The notes beneath the pieces were generated by a model, which was given only the letters and a program-made list of their open reading frames with translations, ran no database searches and was not told the origin of the DNA. Positions 9,903 to 19,100 of a DNA stretch of 64,000 bases are shown here, piece by piece (the stretch's first letter is position 1; each line of letters begins with the position of its first letter). The DNA lies in the NCBI GenBank assembly GCA_016176415.1, contig JACOXH010000002.1, positions 32,072 to 96,071 of the forward strand, read 5' to 3'. This DNA comes from Candidatus Daviesbacteria bacterium. Its GTDB lineage: Bacteria > Patescibacteriota > Microgenomatia > Daviesbacterales > UBA10151. Made by a program: the position numbers and the translations under genes.

Positions 9903-10251
9903 AAAAACAATTATATTTTTAAAAAAACACTTACTTAAGCAGGAAAAAGAGGTAGAGAAACAATTAAAAGGGGTCAAAGAAGATGATCCTGTGATTAGTC
10001 CTGCGCTGGCAGAATCTTCAGAACCGGGGACTGATTCGTATATTGCTGACAGTCACACCAAAACATTAGTGCTGGAGAAACAACTCAAAGATGCAAAAAC
10101 AGGGATCGGAGTAGCTTTGGCTAAAATCAAAAGCGGAACTTACGGTAAGTGTGAAAATTGTAGCAAGTATATTGAGGTCGGAAGGTTGATGATTATGCCA
10201 ACAGCCCAATATTGCATCTCCTGCTCCCAAAAGCCCCTCAAAAGGAGATAA
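9886..10251 (+). CDS. DksA/TraR-family C4 zinc-finger protein
   Basis: C-terminal CENC-X17-CISC pattern preceded by a coiled-coil-like segment. Confidence 0.65.
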   Translation: MLNFPKKTIIFLKKHLLKQEKEVEKQLKGVKEDDPVISPALAESSEPGTDSYIADSHTKTLVLEKQLKDAKTGIGVALAKIKSGTYGKCENCSKYIEVGRLMIMPTAQYCISCSQKPLKRR

Positions 10252-10323
10252 ATTTTTTAAAAATAAAAATTTGACTTCTTAGGTATTTTATTGCACCATT
10301 AGAATCAGGAGGTGAATTCTTAA

Positions 10324-10722
10324 GTGGATTATTCAAAAGTAAAAAAAGCTATAGAAGCATCCGAGGCAAAGGCAAAAGAGCTTGGTATTGCAGTTTCTAC
10401 AGCAATAGTAGATGAATACGGAGATCTTTTAGCCTTTTCGAGAATGGAAGGGGCTATCAAAATTAGTCCTAAGTTTGCTTTGGCTAAAGCCTACACTGCA
10501 GGTACCATAGGTATGGCTACAGCTGATATGGCGCCATATGCTGCTCCCGGCAAGCCTTACTATGGAATGGATGCATTATTCGGCGGAGAGCTGACAACGA
10601 TAGCAGGCGGTTTACCTATAAAAGCTGGCGATAAATTAGTTGGCGGAATTGGAGTAGGTGGTTCAGCTGATGTTAGTCAGGATGTGGAATGCGCTAAGGT
10701 AGCCCTCGCTGAGCTCGTCTAA
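10324..10722 (+). CDS. GlcG/HbpS-like (DUF336) heme-binding protein
   Basis: GGLPIKAGDKLVGGIGVGGS motif. GTG start with an AGGAGGTG ribosome-binding site. Confidence 0.7.
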   Translation: MDYSKVKKAIEASEAKAKELGIAVSTAIVDEYGDLLAFSRMEGAIKISPKFALAKAYTAGTIGMATADMAPYAAPGKPYYGMDALFGGELTTIAGGLPIKAGDKLVGGIGVGGSADVSQDVECAKVALAELV

Positions 10723-11880
10723 TCAAGCGGCAGCTATAATTAGCGGTGCGTGTTCTTTTCCGTTAGAATGTTTTCTTAAAGCCTTTGAATAAGGAGGGGT
10801 TTTTATAAAAATTTCATCAAAATCTTCGCCGGCTCTCACAACATTACAGCGGCCACCCATCCACTGAAGAGCTTCCTGACAAGTCCAATCAGTTTCCCTG
10901 CAAGATAAGAAAGTTCTATAGCCGAATTTCAGGCCCGACCAGGTTTCATCAAATCTTAAGGTTGTTGGGCTTTGAGGATCTTTTGCCGCAAAATCCTGAA
11001 CTGCTAAAATACCATCCGGTTTAAGCAGGCTTTTGGCTCTTGTTAGAAGTATTACTTGTTCTTCCGGTTTTAGTTGATACAGGATAGTGCTTAGGATTAC
11101 AACATCAACAATTCTCCTTGGGAGCCAGTCAAATGAAACAAGATCTGCCTGTAAAAATTGCACCCTGCGACTTCCTTCTCGTAATCTTTCTTCAAATCTT
11201 ACAATTTCCGGTATTTCACGAAGTTCTTCGGGATAACGGCATGCTAAACGCCAGTCCCTAACTTCTCTATCATCAGGATTCTCTTTATCAATACCCAATC
11301 CGCGTCTAAGATTTACGCGTTGGGATATAAGCCTTGTTACTATTTGATTGGGCGTTTCATCTGTGATCGCTTTAAAAGATTCTCTTAGTTCCATGCCCCG
11401 TAAAGTGTAATTTCCACCACATCCCAGATCTGCTATTGATACAGGTACGCCGTCATATAGATAAGCAATCAGTGCATAAGGTCCTGCAGAACGCTGATAT
11501 ACAGTAGTTGTTGTAGACTTATTTACCAACAAATTTTCCCAAGTTTGTCTCGTAGGTTCATCATAAAGCACCCGTGACAATTCAGCTTCCCAGTGTTCGG
11601 GAGTTGTAAATGTGGCAACATTTAACAAATCATGCTCTTTAAGCCTCATGTATTGAATAGTCCTTGGGAGTAAATTAACAAGATGCGTATTTGTTATATC
11701 TGGCCTTCTTCTTTTTACACTTCTTAAAGTTTCAGCCATCGGGCCTTCGTTGCTTGCCATATCTAAAACTACGGTGTAAAGACTTCCCAAAACAGGGTCA
11801 TTTCCGGGAGGGTTTTTAGCCTGATCTGAAAGCGTATCAACGAAATTACGGTCAATCTCTAGGGTGGAAGGAGCGGGCAT
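10723..11880 (-). CDS. class I SAM-dependent methyltransferase-like protein with a large unknown N-terminal region
   Basis: Motif I-like IADLGCGGN and later VDVVILSTILYQL...LLKPDGILAVQDF. The N-terminal ~170 aa is unassigned. Confidence 0.5.
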   Translation of the reverse strand: MPAPSTLEIDRNFVDTLSDQAKNPPGNDPVLGSLYTVVLDMASNEGPMAETLRSVKRRRPDITNTHLVNLLPRTIQYMRLKEHDLLNVATFTTPEHWEAELSRVLYDEPTRQTWENLLVNKSTTTTVYQRSAGPYALIAYLYDGVPVSIADLGCGGNYTLRGMELRESFKAITDETPNQIVTRLISQRVNLRRGLGIDKENPDDREVRDWRLACRYPEELREIPEIVRFEERLREGSRRVQFLQADLVSFDWLPRRIVDVVILSTILYQLKPEEQVILLTRAKSLLKPDGILAVQDFAAKDPQSPTTLRFDETWSGLKFGYRTFLSCRETDWTCQEALQWMGGRCNVVRAGEDFDEIFIKTPPYSKALRKHSNGKEHAPLIIAAA

Positions 11881-11916
11881 AGTATTTTTTGCTTATCTTA
11901 TTTCATTTGTTATGTT

Positions 11917-12231
11917 TTAAAATGGAGCTCTAAAAATTAAGAAATAGTCAACGAAAGCAACTGCGGGCGTCGCCAATGCCAGACCAAGGTTAACAGCGCG
12001 TTTCTGAAGTCTTGTCCGGCCTTCATTAAGATGATGTTGTGCGCCAATGGTCATAAGATAGTAACCGGTGATTGCGGCAGCTGCAGCGGCTTTTCCTATT
12101 GCTATTTCCCATGGTTCTAGTGGAAGCAGGCTGTTTGTTGCTGTAACTTGCGACATATCTGCTAAGGCAAATGCAGGCAAAGCGCTTGCAGTTTCTTTTA
12201 AACGACTGGTATTAAGAATTTCTTTTAGCAT
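11917..12231 (-). CDS. small membrane protein
   Basis: 104 aa with two or three hydrophobic helices. Confidence 0.4.
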   Translation of the reverse strand: MLKEILNTSRLKETASALPAFALADMSQVTATNSLLPLEPWEIAIGKAAAAAAITGYYLMTIGAQHHLNEGRTRLQKRAVNLGLALATPAVAFVDYFLIFRAPF

Positions 12232-12253
12232 ATATAATAATGATATAACTATT

Positions 12254-12282
12254 TTGCAAACTTTTTACAAGTGTATTATAAT
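12254..12282 (+). promoter_or_regulatory. sigma70-like promoter (TTGCAA-N17-TATAAT) for the 12300 gene
   Basis: The -35 box is at 12254-12259 and the -10 box at 12277-12282. This would leave a very short leader. Confidence 0.45.
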
Positions 12283-12299
12283 ACTATGAGTTTGTCAAG

Positions 12300-13322
12300 A
12301 TGAATGTGGAGCAGATAAAAATAATAGTTGATGTTCGCCGTTACAGTGACCCAAGAAAACCCTGGGTTATGGATGTAACCATTGGTGATACATCTAAACA
12401 GGTTCCTGTATATCATTGCAGAGAAGATAGTCATCAAGAGGAAATAGCAAAAGAATTTGCTAATGGTAAAGCTTGCGTTGCTTTTGGGGTCGGTCTTTAT
12501 GGTGTAGCAGGAATGGTTGCTGATCCAAGAACCAAAAGAAACTCTGAAGGAGCCGAAATTTTTTTTAGGGCTAAGACAAACCGCGATCCACACGCCAAAG
12601 TGCCTATATTTATAACTCCCAGAGATATGCATCAGGTTATAGACTTCGATGCTATGCACCCAAAATTTGCGAAGCTTTTTAGCAATAGGGAATGGAGGGA
12701 AAACCTTTGGAGGAATGGTGTATCTTTCCATATTGTTTTTCCTGTGCCAAAAGATGCTCACTATATTCACCCGGTTTTGATCACTACACCCGAGGATTTA
12801 AAACATGCCAACAAGCCGGAAGAACAAATGGTTTCGGTCAATACTGTCAGCGCTTTTTGGTGGCATGATCCTGATTGGCAAAGGATTGCTTATAGAGCTG
12901 CAAGCTATAATCCTTTTGGTTTTGCCGGAATTTCATCTTTTAATGAACACAAACAAGCGCCGGCTTGGATTTTTAATGACTTATCAACATTTATTCATCA
13001 AACAGGAAAATGTCCTTTTGATATGGTGGTAAGAGATGAAATAGGGGAGCCAGTCAGTGTCAGAAGCTCTCATCCTCAATACAGAGTTCCTTTAAAAGGG
13101 GAGCAAGCTGAGTGGATTGTGATCCGGCATGGCTCAATTAGCATTGATAGATGGCTAAAAGCAGTTGGATCTCCTTTCCCGGCAAGAAGATTAGCTACTG
13201 CAACTGTTGCCGCCAGAGCAACTTCTTCTGAAAAAGATTTAAGCGAACTAGTTTTTACTGTGAGGGATAAAACCATAGAAGATTATTGCCGTCGTCACCC
13301 AAAAAGTGCTTATAATAGGTAA
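12300..13322 (+). CDS. hypothetical protein with divergent YrdC/Sua5-like features
   Basis: Segments resemble YrdC-fold landmarks: AFGVGLYGVAG; IFFRAKTNRDPHAKVPIFI; GISSFNEHKQ; IVIRHGSIS. This was recognised by eye only. Confidence 0.35.
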   Translation: MNVEQIKIIVDVRRYSDPRKPWVMDVTIGDTSKQVPVYHCREDSHQEEIAKEFANGKACVAFGVGLYGVAGMVADPRTKRNSEGAEIFFRAKTNRDPHAKVPIFITPRDMHQVIDFDAMHPKFAKLFSNREWRENLWRNGVSFHIVFPVPKDAHYIHPVLITTPEDLKHANKPEEQMVSVNTVSAFWWHDPDWQRIAYRAASYNPFGFAGISSFNEHKQAPAWIFNDLSTFIHQTGKCPFDMVVRDEIGEPVSVRSSHPQYRVPLKGEQAEWIVIRHGSISIDRWLKAVGSPFPARRLATATVAARATSSEKDLSELVFTVRDKTIEDYCRRHPKSAYNR

Positions 13323-13324
13323 GT

Positions 13325-14740
13325 ATGTTTTTTCCTGCCGGTCCGAAAAGAACAGAAACGCTGACTGCTTTATGGAAAATCAGCAAAGTTATTCTCAATA
13401 CTCTTGATTTTAACCATGTTGTTCAAAATGTGGTTGACAGTTTGCTTTTTGAGCTTAATTATTTAAAACGGGGATATAGAATTATTGTCTTGACTTTAAT
13501 TGATGAAAAAAGCTGGACTTTAAGAAGAATCTCCCTTTCTCAAACGGAAGAAGCACAGAAAGCACAAGCCGCCTCAGCAGTTCCTTTTCATCAAATTGAA
13601 ATACCTCTGACAGCCGTAGATAATTTACTAATTAAAGTGATAAATGAAAGGAAGGCGGGTGTAACCAGTTACTGGCCGGATTTATTTAAACCTGTTTTAA
13701 CAGTTGAACAGGCTTTGGCAAATCAGTCAGCGGCGGGAGTAAAAACCAGTTTGATATATCCTGTTATTACAAGAGAGAAAGTTGTAGGTGCTTTGATTTT
13801 TAGTTTAATTAAAGATATAAAGGATGTTACTGAAGAAGAACAGGATCTTCTCGGGGGATTTACCGATCTTGTAGGATTGGCCGTTCAGAATTCTTCACTA
13901 TATTCTTCGCTACAGGCAACTACAATACAGCTTAAAGAAGCTAATGAAAGACTTAAGGTGATGGATAAATTAAAGGATGATTTTGTTTCAATTGCTTCAC
14001 ATGAGTTGCGTACTCCCATGACAGCGATCAGGTCTTATGCCTGGATGGCTCTGCACCGTAGCGGGACGCCTTTATCGCAAACTTTGGAAAAATATATCAC
14101 CAGAATTTTAATTTCCACTGAAAGGCTGATTAATTTAGTAAATGATATGTTAAACGTATCAAGGATTGAATCAGGTAAAGTTGAGATTAACCCTGAATCT
14201 GTTGATCTTAAGTTATTGGTAAAAGATATTGTTGATGAGGTGTACTTTTCCAAATCAGAAGAAAAAAGAGTTGAATTTGTGGTTGCAGAAAAGCCTGTTC
14301 CCAAAGCTTTTGCTGATCCTGAAAAATTAAGGCAGGTATTTTTGAATTTGGTAGGAAATTCTCTAAAGTTTACCCCTGCAGGGGGCAGGATTACTTTTGA
14401 TTTTTTCAGTGACGGTCATACTGTGGATATTTCTGTAATAGACACGGGTGTGGGAATTTCAAAAGATGATGCAGGTAAATTATTTAATAAATTTTCCAGA
14501 TTGGATAGTTCTTATACAGCAGCTGCCACCTCAGGAGGAACAGGTTTGGGGCTTTATATTTCCAAAAATCTTGTTGAATTGATGCACGGTCAAATCAAAG
14601 TTTATTCTGAAGGTTTGGGTAAAGGCGCAACTTTTACGGTAACTTTGCCTGTGGCATCTGCAGAGATTTTAGAAAAAGCAGATCAATATAGGGTAAAAGC
14701 TCAGGGTGAGGCAAAGGGACTGGAGCCGGTGGCAATATAA
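13325..14740 (+). CDS. sensor histidine kinase (GAF-like N-terminal domain, HisKA, HATPase_c)
   Basis: H-box SHELRTPMTAI, N-box NLVGNSLKFTP, G1 DTGVGIS, G2 GGTGLGL. Confidence 0.9.
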   Translation: MFFPAGPKRTETLTALWKISKVILNTLDFNHVVQNVVDSLLFELNYLKRGYRIIVLTLIDEKSWTLRRISLSQTEEAQKAQAASAVPFHQIEIPLTAVDNLLIKVINERKAGVTSYWPDLFKPVLTVEQALANQSAAGVKTSLIYPVITREKVVGALIFSLIKDIKDVTEEEQDLLGGFTDLVGLAVQNSSLYSSLQATTIQLKEANERLKVMDKLKDDFVSIASHELRTPMTAIRSYAWMALHRSGTPLSQTLEKYITRILISTERLINLVNDMLNVSRIESGKVEINPESVDLKLLVKDIVDEVYFSKSEEKRVEFVVAEKPVPKAFADPEKLRQVFLNLVGNSLKFTPAGGRITFDFFSDGHTVDISVIDTGVGISKDDAGKLFNKFSRLDSSYTAAATSGGTGLGLYISKNLVELMHGQIKVYSEGLGKGATFTVTLPVASAEILEKADQYRVKAQGEAKGLEPVAI

Positions 14741-14741
14741 G

Positions 14742-14793
14742 TAGAGTCTAGGAAAATAATCTCTAGACTCTTGACTCTTGACTCTAGTCACTC
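14742..14793. repeat. TAGAGTCTAG/CTAGACTCT inverted repeat followed by TTGACTC tandem units
   Basis: It lies in the intergenic region between the kinase and receiver genes. It belongs to the GAGTCAA/TTGACTC repeat family. Confidence 0.6.
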
Positions 14794-14805
14794 TAAGATC
14801 AAATT

Positions 14806-15195
14806 ATGGACAATCAGGGTAAAAAAATCTTAGTGGTTGAAGATGACCAGTTTTTAAGGGAATTTTATCAGGAGCTGCTGCAGGCAGAGGGGTATTTTAT
14901 AGATGTAGCTCCGGACGGAGAAGCAGGTTTTACAAAAATTAAAGGTAATGCGTACGATCTCATATTGCTTGATTTAATGCTACCTAAAAAAGACGGTGTG
15001 CAGATTTTAAGGGATTTAAAAGCAGGTGGAGGTAAACCAAAAAATACTGCCATTGTAGTTTTGACAAATTTAGGGCAGGATATGGTAATTAAAGAGTGTT
15101 TTGATCTGGGAGCAGATGGATACTTAATTAAATCCGCTTTAAATCCTGATCAGGTTTTACAGGAAGTAAAAAGCTATCTGGAAAAGACTTCATGA
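14806..15195 (+). CDS. single-domain response regulator (receiver only)
   Basis: KILVVEDD, DLILLDLMLPKKDG, and a conserved K in LIKS. There is no output domain. Confidence 0.9.
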   Translation: MDNQGKKILVVEDDQFLREFYQELLQAEGYFIDVAPDGEAGFTKIKGNAYDLILLDLMLPKKDGVQILRDLKAGGGKPKNTAIVVLTNLGQDMVIKECFDLGADGYLIKSALNPDQVLQEVKSYLEKTS

Positions 15196-15944
15196 GGCCT
15201 CCTGTTATCTTTGAGGATGATCATATTTTAGTTTTGGATAAACCCCCGTTCTTGGTAGTGGACCCTGCAGAGAGCGTTAAAGAAGAGACTTTGGCTGATA
15301 TTTTAATAAAAGAGTTTGGAATTGAACTGTCCAGAGGTGGTATTGTGCACAGGTTAGATAAAGATACTTCAGGCGTAATTTTGGTTGCAAAAACTCAGCA
15401 GGCTTTGGAAGGCCTGCAAAATCAATTTAAGGAAAGGAAGACAAAAAAAGAGTATCTAACTTTAGTTCATGGATTAGTGCCTGAAAAAATAACAGTAACA
15501 GGTAGTATTGGCAGAAACCCGGGCAACAGGGAAAAATTTACTGTATTGGAAGAAGGAAAAGAAGCAGAGACAGAGTTTGAACCAATCAAAAATTTTCAAT
15601 TTTCAATTTTCAATTTTCAAAAAATCTTTAGTGATTTTAATAAAATTCAGATGAGGAAGTTGGAGAAGCAAAAGTATGGAGAGTTTACATTATTAAAGTG
15701 CAGACCAAAGACTGGACGGACACATCAAATTAGGGTACATTTAAAATATATCAATCACCCGGTTGTTTCTGATGAAAAATATGCAGGAAGAAAAATGGTG
15801 AGACTTGATAAAAGGTGGTGCCCGAGGATATTCCTGCATGCTGCGAAACTCGGTTTTAAGCACCCTGCAAGCGGGGAGTGGTTAGAGCTTGAAAGCAAAT
15901 TACCGGAGGATTTAAAAAAAGCATTGGAGCGTTTAAATGGATAA
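15192..15944 (+). CDS. RluA-family pseudouridine synthase
   Basis: HRLDKDTSGV catalytic motif and TGRTHQIRVH. It contains an approximately 30 aa insert that includes the tandem repeat at 15591. Confidence 0.85.
   Translation: MRPPVIFEDDHILVLDKPPFLVVDPAESVKEETLADILIKEFGIELSRGGIVHRLDKDTSGVILVAKTQQALEGLQNQFKERKTKKEYLTLVHGLVPEKITVTGSIGRNPGNREKFTVLEEGKEAETEFEPIKNFQFSIFNFQKIFSDFNKIQMRKLEKQKYGEFTLLKCRPKTGRTHQIRVHLKYINHPVVSDEKYAGRKMVRLDKRWCPRIFLHAAKLGFKHPASGEWLELESKLPEDLKKALERLNG
15591..15618. repeat. AATTTTC x4 tandem heptamer inside the rluA-family gene
   Basis: Read directly from the sequence. It translates as FQFSIFNFQ. Confidence 0.8.
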
Positions 15945-17652
15945 TATATTTGTTCAGCTTGGAATTATTTTAGGTATAAGTTCAGTACTGGGGTATGGTG
16001 TTGTCAGGTTTAAGCTGCCTCTTATAATTGCTTATCTGATAGGCGGACTGATGATTGCAGCAACCGCAATCTTTGACCCCAGAGCATCAGAAGTTTTGCA
16101 TTTTCTGCCTGAAGTAGGAATTGCTTTTGTGCTTTTCCTGATCGGTATGGAGTTAGATCTTCGGGAAATCAAGAATTTAGGCAAATCAATACTTTTAGCA
16201 GGCACATTGCAGATTTTTATAACAACCATTCTGGGAGCATCTTTGGCTAAGGTTTTAGGTTTTGGCCCTGTTGAATCATGGTATTTGGGAGTAGGTCTTG
16301 CGTTCTCATCCACAATTTTGGTTATAAAGCTCTTAATAGATAAAAAAGACGAAGGTTCCCTTTACGGCAAACTGGCGGTGGGAATATTGGTACTGGAAGA
16401 CCTTTTGGCAGTAATACTGCTGGTAATTTTATCTGTTTCTGATTCAGCTTTAGGTCTTGGTTTTCAGCAGGCTTTCCCGATTATAGCGCTTGCCTTTAAG
16501 GCGATACTGTTATTCGGAACTATTTTAATATTAAGCAGATTTGTATTGCCTTCTGTCTTCAGAGCGGTTTCAAAACAAAACGAGCTTTTGTTTATTACTG
16601 CTTTGGCCTGGTGTTTTTTGTACATCTCCTTTGCGATTTTTTTAGGTTTTTCTGTAGTGATAGGGGCTTTCCTGGCTGGTATGGCGCTTGCAAACTCTCC
16701 GTTTCACTATCAGATCCAGGGAAGGATTAAGCCTTTGAGGGAATTTTTTGTGGCTTTGTTTTTTGTATACCTCGGAACGCAGGTGGATTTTTCTTCAATA
16801 GGCAAAATTTATCCTCTGACACTTCTCTTTACAGGCTACACTTTACTTGTTAAGCCTACGATCTTCCTTTTACTTCTGGGAATTTTTGGTTTCAGAAAAC
16901 ATACGATGTTTCAGACAGCCTTAAGCCTGACTCATATCAGTGAATTCTCTTTGATTATTCTTCTTGTAGGGTTTAAATCAGGTGTTATTTCACAATCTGC
17001 CCTTACCACGATTGCCTTATCTACCGTAATGTCAATGATTGCAGCATCAGTAATGATTACCCATTCCGGAAAATTGTATAAAAAGCTAAAAGGTTTTTTA
17101 AGTTTTTTTGAAAGAAAAAATTACAAACATGCTTTGGAGAGGTGGGATCATATTCAGGATATGGAAGGGTTTGTAATAGTTATTGGAGCACGTAAAGTGG
17201 GAGGAGAAATAGTGAAACTATTAAAGAAGGAAAAAATCCCTCAAATAGTGCTTGATTTTAATCCTCATCAGGTTGACATCCTTCTTAAAGAAAAAATACC
17301 TGTGCTTTACGGAGATATGGGAGATCCGGAAGTGCTGGACGGGTTAAATCTCGGCAATGCCCGCATGATTATTTCAACATCTGCAAGTGAGGAAGATAAT
17401 AAACTGCTGTTGGAGGACCTGCGCTCAAGGCGCATAGAGATTCCTGTGATTGTAAGAGCAGAAACGGCAGATGAAGCGCAAAATCTTTACAAAGCAGGAG
17501 CTGATTTTGTAATTATTCCGGAAATTTTAGCAGGCGACTTTCTCGTTGAGAAATTACGGGATCATTTACCTGATGGAACTTTTTTCAAAAACAGGGCAGA
17601 GATAGAACTGGAAAAGCTGTCCCGCAAAACTTTAGCCTGGGGGGAGCATTAA
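15937..17652 (+). CDS. CPA2 (Kef-type) cation:proton antiporter with a C-terminal TrkA-N/RCK domain
   Basis: About 12 TM segments followed by a Rossmann-like IGARKVGGEI segment. Confidence 0.8.
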   Translation: MDNIFVQLGIILGISSVLGYGVVRFKLPLIIAYLIGGLMIAATAIFDPRASEVLHFLPEVGIAFVLFLIGMELDLREIKNLGKSILLAGTLQIFITTILGASLAKVLGFGPVESWYLGVGLAFSSTILVIKLLIDKKDEGSLYGKLAVGILVLEDLLAVILLVILSVSDSALGLGFQQAFPIIALAFKAILLFGTILILSRFVLPSVFRAVSKQNELLFITALAWCFLYISFAIFLGFSVVIGAFLAGMALANSPFHYQIQGRIKPLREFFVALFFVYLGTQVDFSSIGKIYPLTLLFTGYTLLVKPTIFLLLLGIFGFRKHTMFQTALSLTHISEFSLIILLVGFKSGVISQSALTTIALSTVMSMIAASVMITHSGKLYKKLKGFLSFFERKNYKHALERWDHIQDMEGFVIVIGARKVGGEIVKLLKKEKIPQIVLDFNPHQVDILLKEKIPVLYGDMGDPEVLDGLNLGNARMIISTSASEEDNKLLLEDLRSRRIEIPVIVRAETADEAQNLYKAGADFVIIPEILAGDFLVEKLRDHLPDGTFFKNRAEIELEKLSRKTLAWGEH

Positions 17653-17653
17653 A

Positions 17654-18079
17654 ATGGGAGAACTTTTCCATAAAATTGCGGCAAGAATTTCTGCTGTTGC
17701 AGGATCGCCCGTTGCCTTCATCGGGGCGATTGTTATTATTTCTGTGTGGTTTTTGACAGGGCCTACATTCAATTTTTCCGATACCTGGCAGCTGATTATA
17801 AATACAGGCACAACTATTGTGACTTTCCTGATGGTATTTTTGATTCAGAATACCCAAAACAGAGATGCCAAAGCCATGCATATTAAACTGGATGAGCTTC
17901 TAAGGGGGGTTAAGGGAGCAAGGACTGGATTGGTAGATATTGAAGAAATGTCTGATCAGGATCTGGAAAAATTGCATAAAGAATTTAAGGATCTCCACGA
18001 GCATTATTCAAAAGAATTAATCAGAAGAGGAAAAGTGTTACAGATAACAGAAGAAAAGCAAACAGAAGCAGTAAAGTAA
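17654..18079 (+). CDS. low-affinity iron permease-like membrane protein
   Basis: FSDTWQLIINTGTTIVTFLMVFLIQNTQNRD signature. Confidence 0.6.
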   Translation: MGELFHKIAARISAVAGSPVAFIGAIVIISVWFLTGPTFNFSDTWQLIINTGTTIVTFLMVFLIQNTQNRDAKAMHIKLDELLRGVKGARTGLVDIEEMSDQDLEKLHKEFKDLHEHYSKELIRRGKVLQITEEKQTEAVK

Positions 18080-18086
18080 TCAGACA

Positions 18087-18125
18087 TTGACAAATTTGTA
18101 ACCATTGTGTATACTTTGGTTACAA
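18087..18125 (+). promoter_or_regulatory. promoter (TTGACA-N17-TATACT) overlapped by the 9-bp inverted repeat TTGTAACCA/TGGTTACAA
   Basis: The -35 box is at 18087-18092 and the -10 box at 18110-18115. The inverted-repeat arms are at 18096-18104 and 18117-18125. This is a likely antitoxin operator. Confidence 0.5.
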
Positions 18126-18397
18126 TGCAGACAGTAATCCATATTAAGGCTGATAAAGAAGTTAAGAAAAATGCTCAAAAAGCCGCCAAGGATTTGGGGT
18201 TAACTTTGAGCGATGTTATCAATGCAGCTCTGCGCAATTTCATCAGAACCAGAGAGGTAATTTTCTCTGATATCCCTCAAATGACACCGGAACTTGAAAA
18301 AATTGTGGAACGTGCAGAGGAGGATATTAAGCAGAACCGCAGCATATCCCGTTATAAAAGCGCTAAAGAGTTTATTAAAGCTCTTAATTCTCCATGA
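18125..18397 (+). CDS. RelB/DinJ-family antitoxin
   Basis: Ribbon-helix-helix-like N-terminus (IHIKADKEVKKNAQKAAKDLGLTLSDVINAALRNF). ATG 18125 is preferred over GTG 18107. Confidence 0.7.
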   Translation: MQTVIHIKADKEVKKNAQKAAKDLGLTLSDVINAALRNFIRTREVIFSDIPQMTPELEKIVERAEEDIKQNRSISRYKSAKEFIKALNSP

Positions 18398-18651
18398 TTA
18401 TCTCCAAAACTTCAGCTTTCAAAAAGAAATTTCAAAAACTGTCTCAAAAAATAAAAGAAAAATTTGCTGAGAGAATTTTGCTTTTTGAAAAAGATCAGTT
18501 TGATTCCACTTTAAACAATCATGCTTTAAAAGGAAGTTATTCCGGGTACAGAAGCATTAATATCACGGGAGACATAAGAGCCATTTACAAAAAAACAAAT
18601 GACGAGGCTATATTTATAGCAATTGATTCCCACAGCAATCTTTACGGCTAA
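18394..18651 (+). CDS. YafQ/RelE-family type II toxin
   Basis: 85 aa, with a 4-nt overlap on the antitoxin gene. Motif LKGSYSGYRSINITGDIRAIY. Confidence 0.7.
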   Translation: MIISKTSAFKKKFQKLSQKIKEKFAERILLFEKDQFDSTLNNHALKGSYSGYRSINITGDIRAIYKKTNDEAIFIAIDSHSNLYG

Positions 18652-19100
18652 GCTTTGCTTTTATATAAACTCCCAAGCCCGATCAGCGCAACTGCCAGCA
18701 TCACTAGATTTAAGCTGTCTGTTGATGGGGAGGTCCAGCCGGAAGCCAGCCAGAATATAATATTAAGGAAAGCGCCTCCTATAAGCCCTAATCCTAAAAC
18801 TGCCTTAATAGGCAGTGTTGGTTTTTTAAAGAGCAGGTAAAGACTGGCAAGAGTGATTGAAGTTGCTACTAAGACCTCTCCCCACATTACCAAATTTCCA
18901 AATACCTGCGAGTTGGGAATGGCAATTTTAACCAAAAAAGTTTTATACCATGGGTAAGGGTTTTTGCTTGCAAATTTTTGTAAAGTTTCTCCCAAAGCGG
19001 CAGGAAAGGCGTCCGATGAAAGTTTCCCAAAACCGCTTCTTAGCCAGATAAAGCCGATTGTGAGAAAAATCAGTAAAAGGCTTTTTGGCAGTCTATTCAT
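18648..19100 (-). CDS. DoxX-like membrane protein
   Basis: Four TM segments. It overlaps the NDH-2 gene by 8 nt. Confidence 0.45.
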   Translation of the reverse strand: MNRLPKSLLLIFLTIGFIWLRSGFGKLSSDAFPAALGETLQKFASKNPYPWYKTFLVKIAIPNSQVFGNLVMWGEVLVATSITLASLYLLFKKPTLPIKAVLGLGLIGGAFLNIIFWLASGWTSPSTDSLNLVMLAVALIGLGSLYKSKA

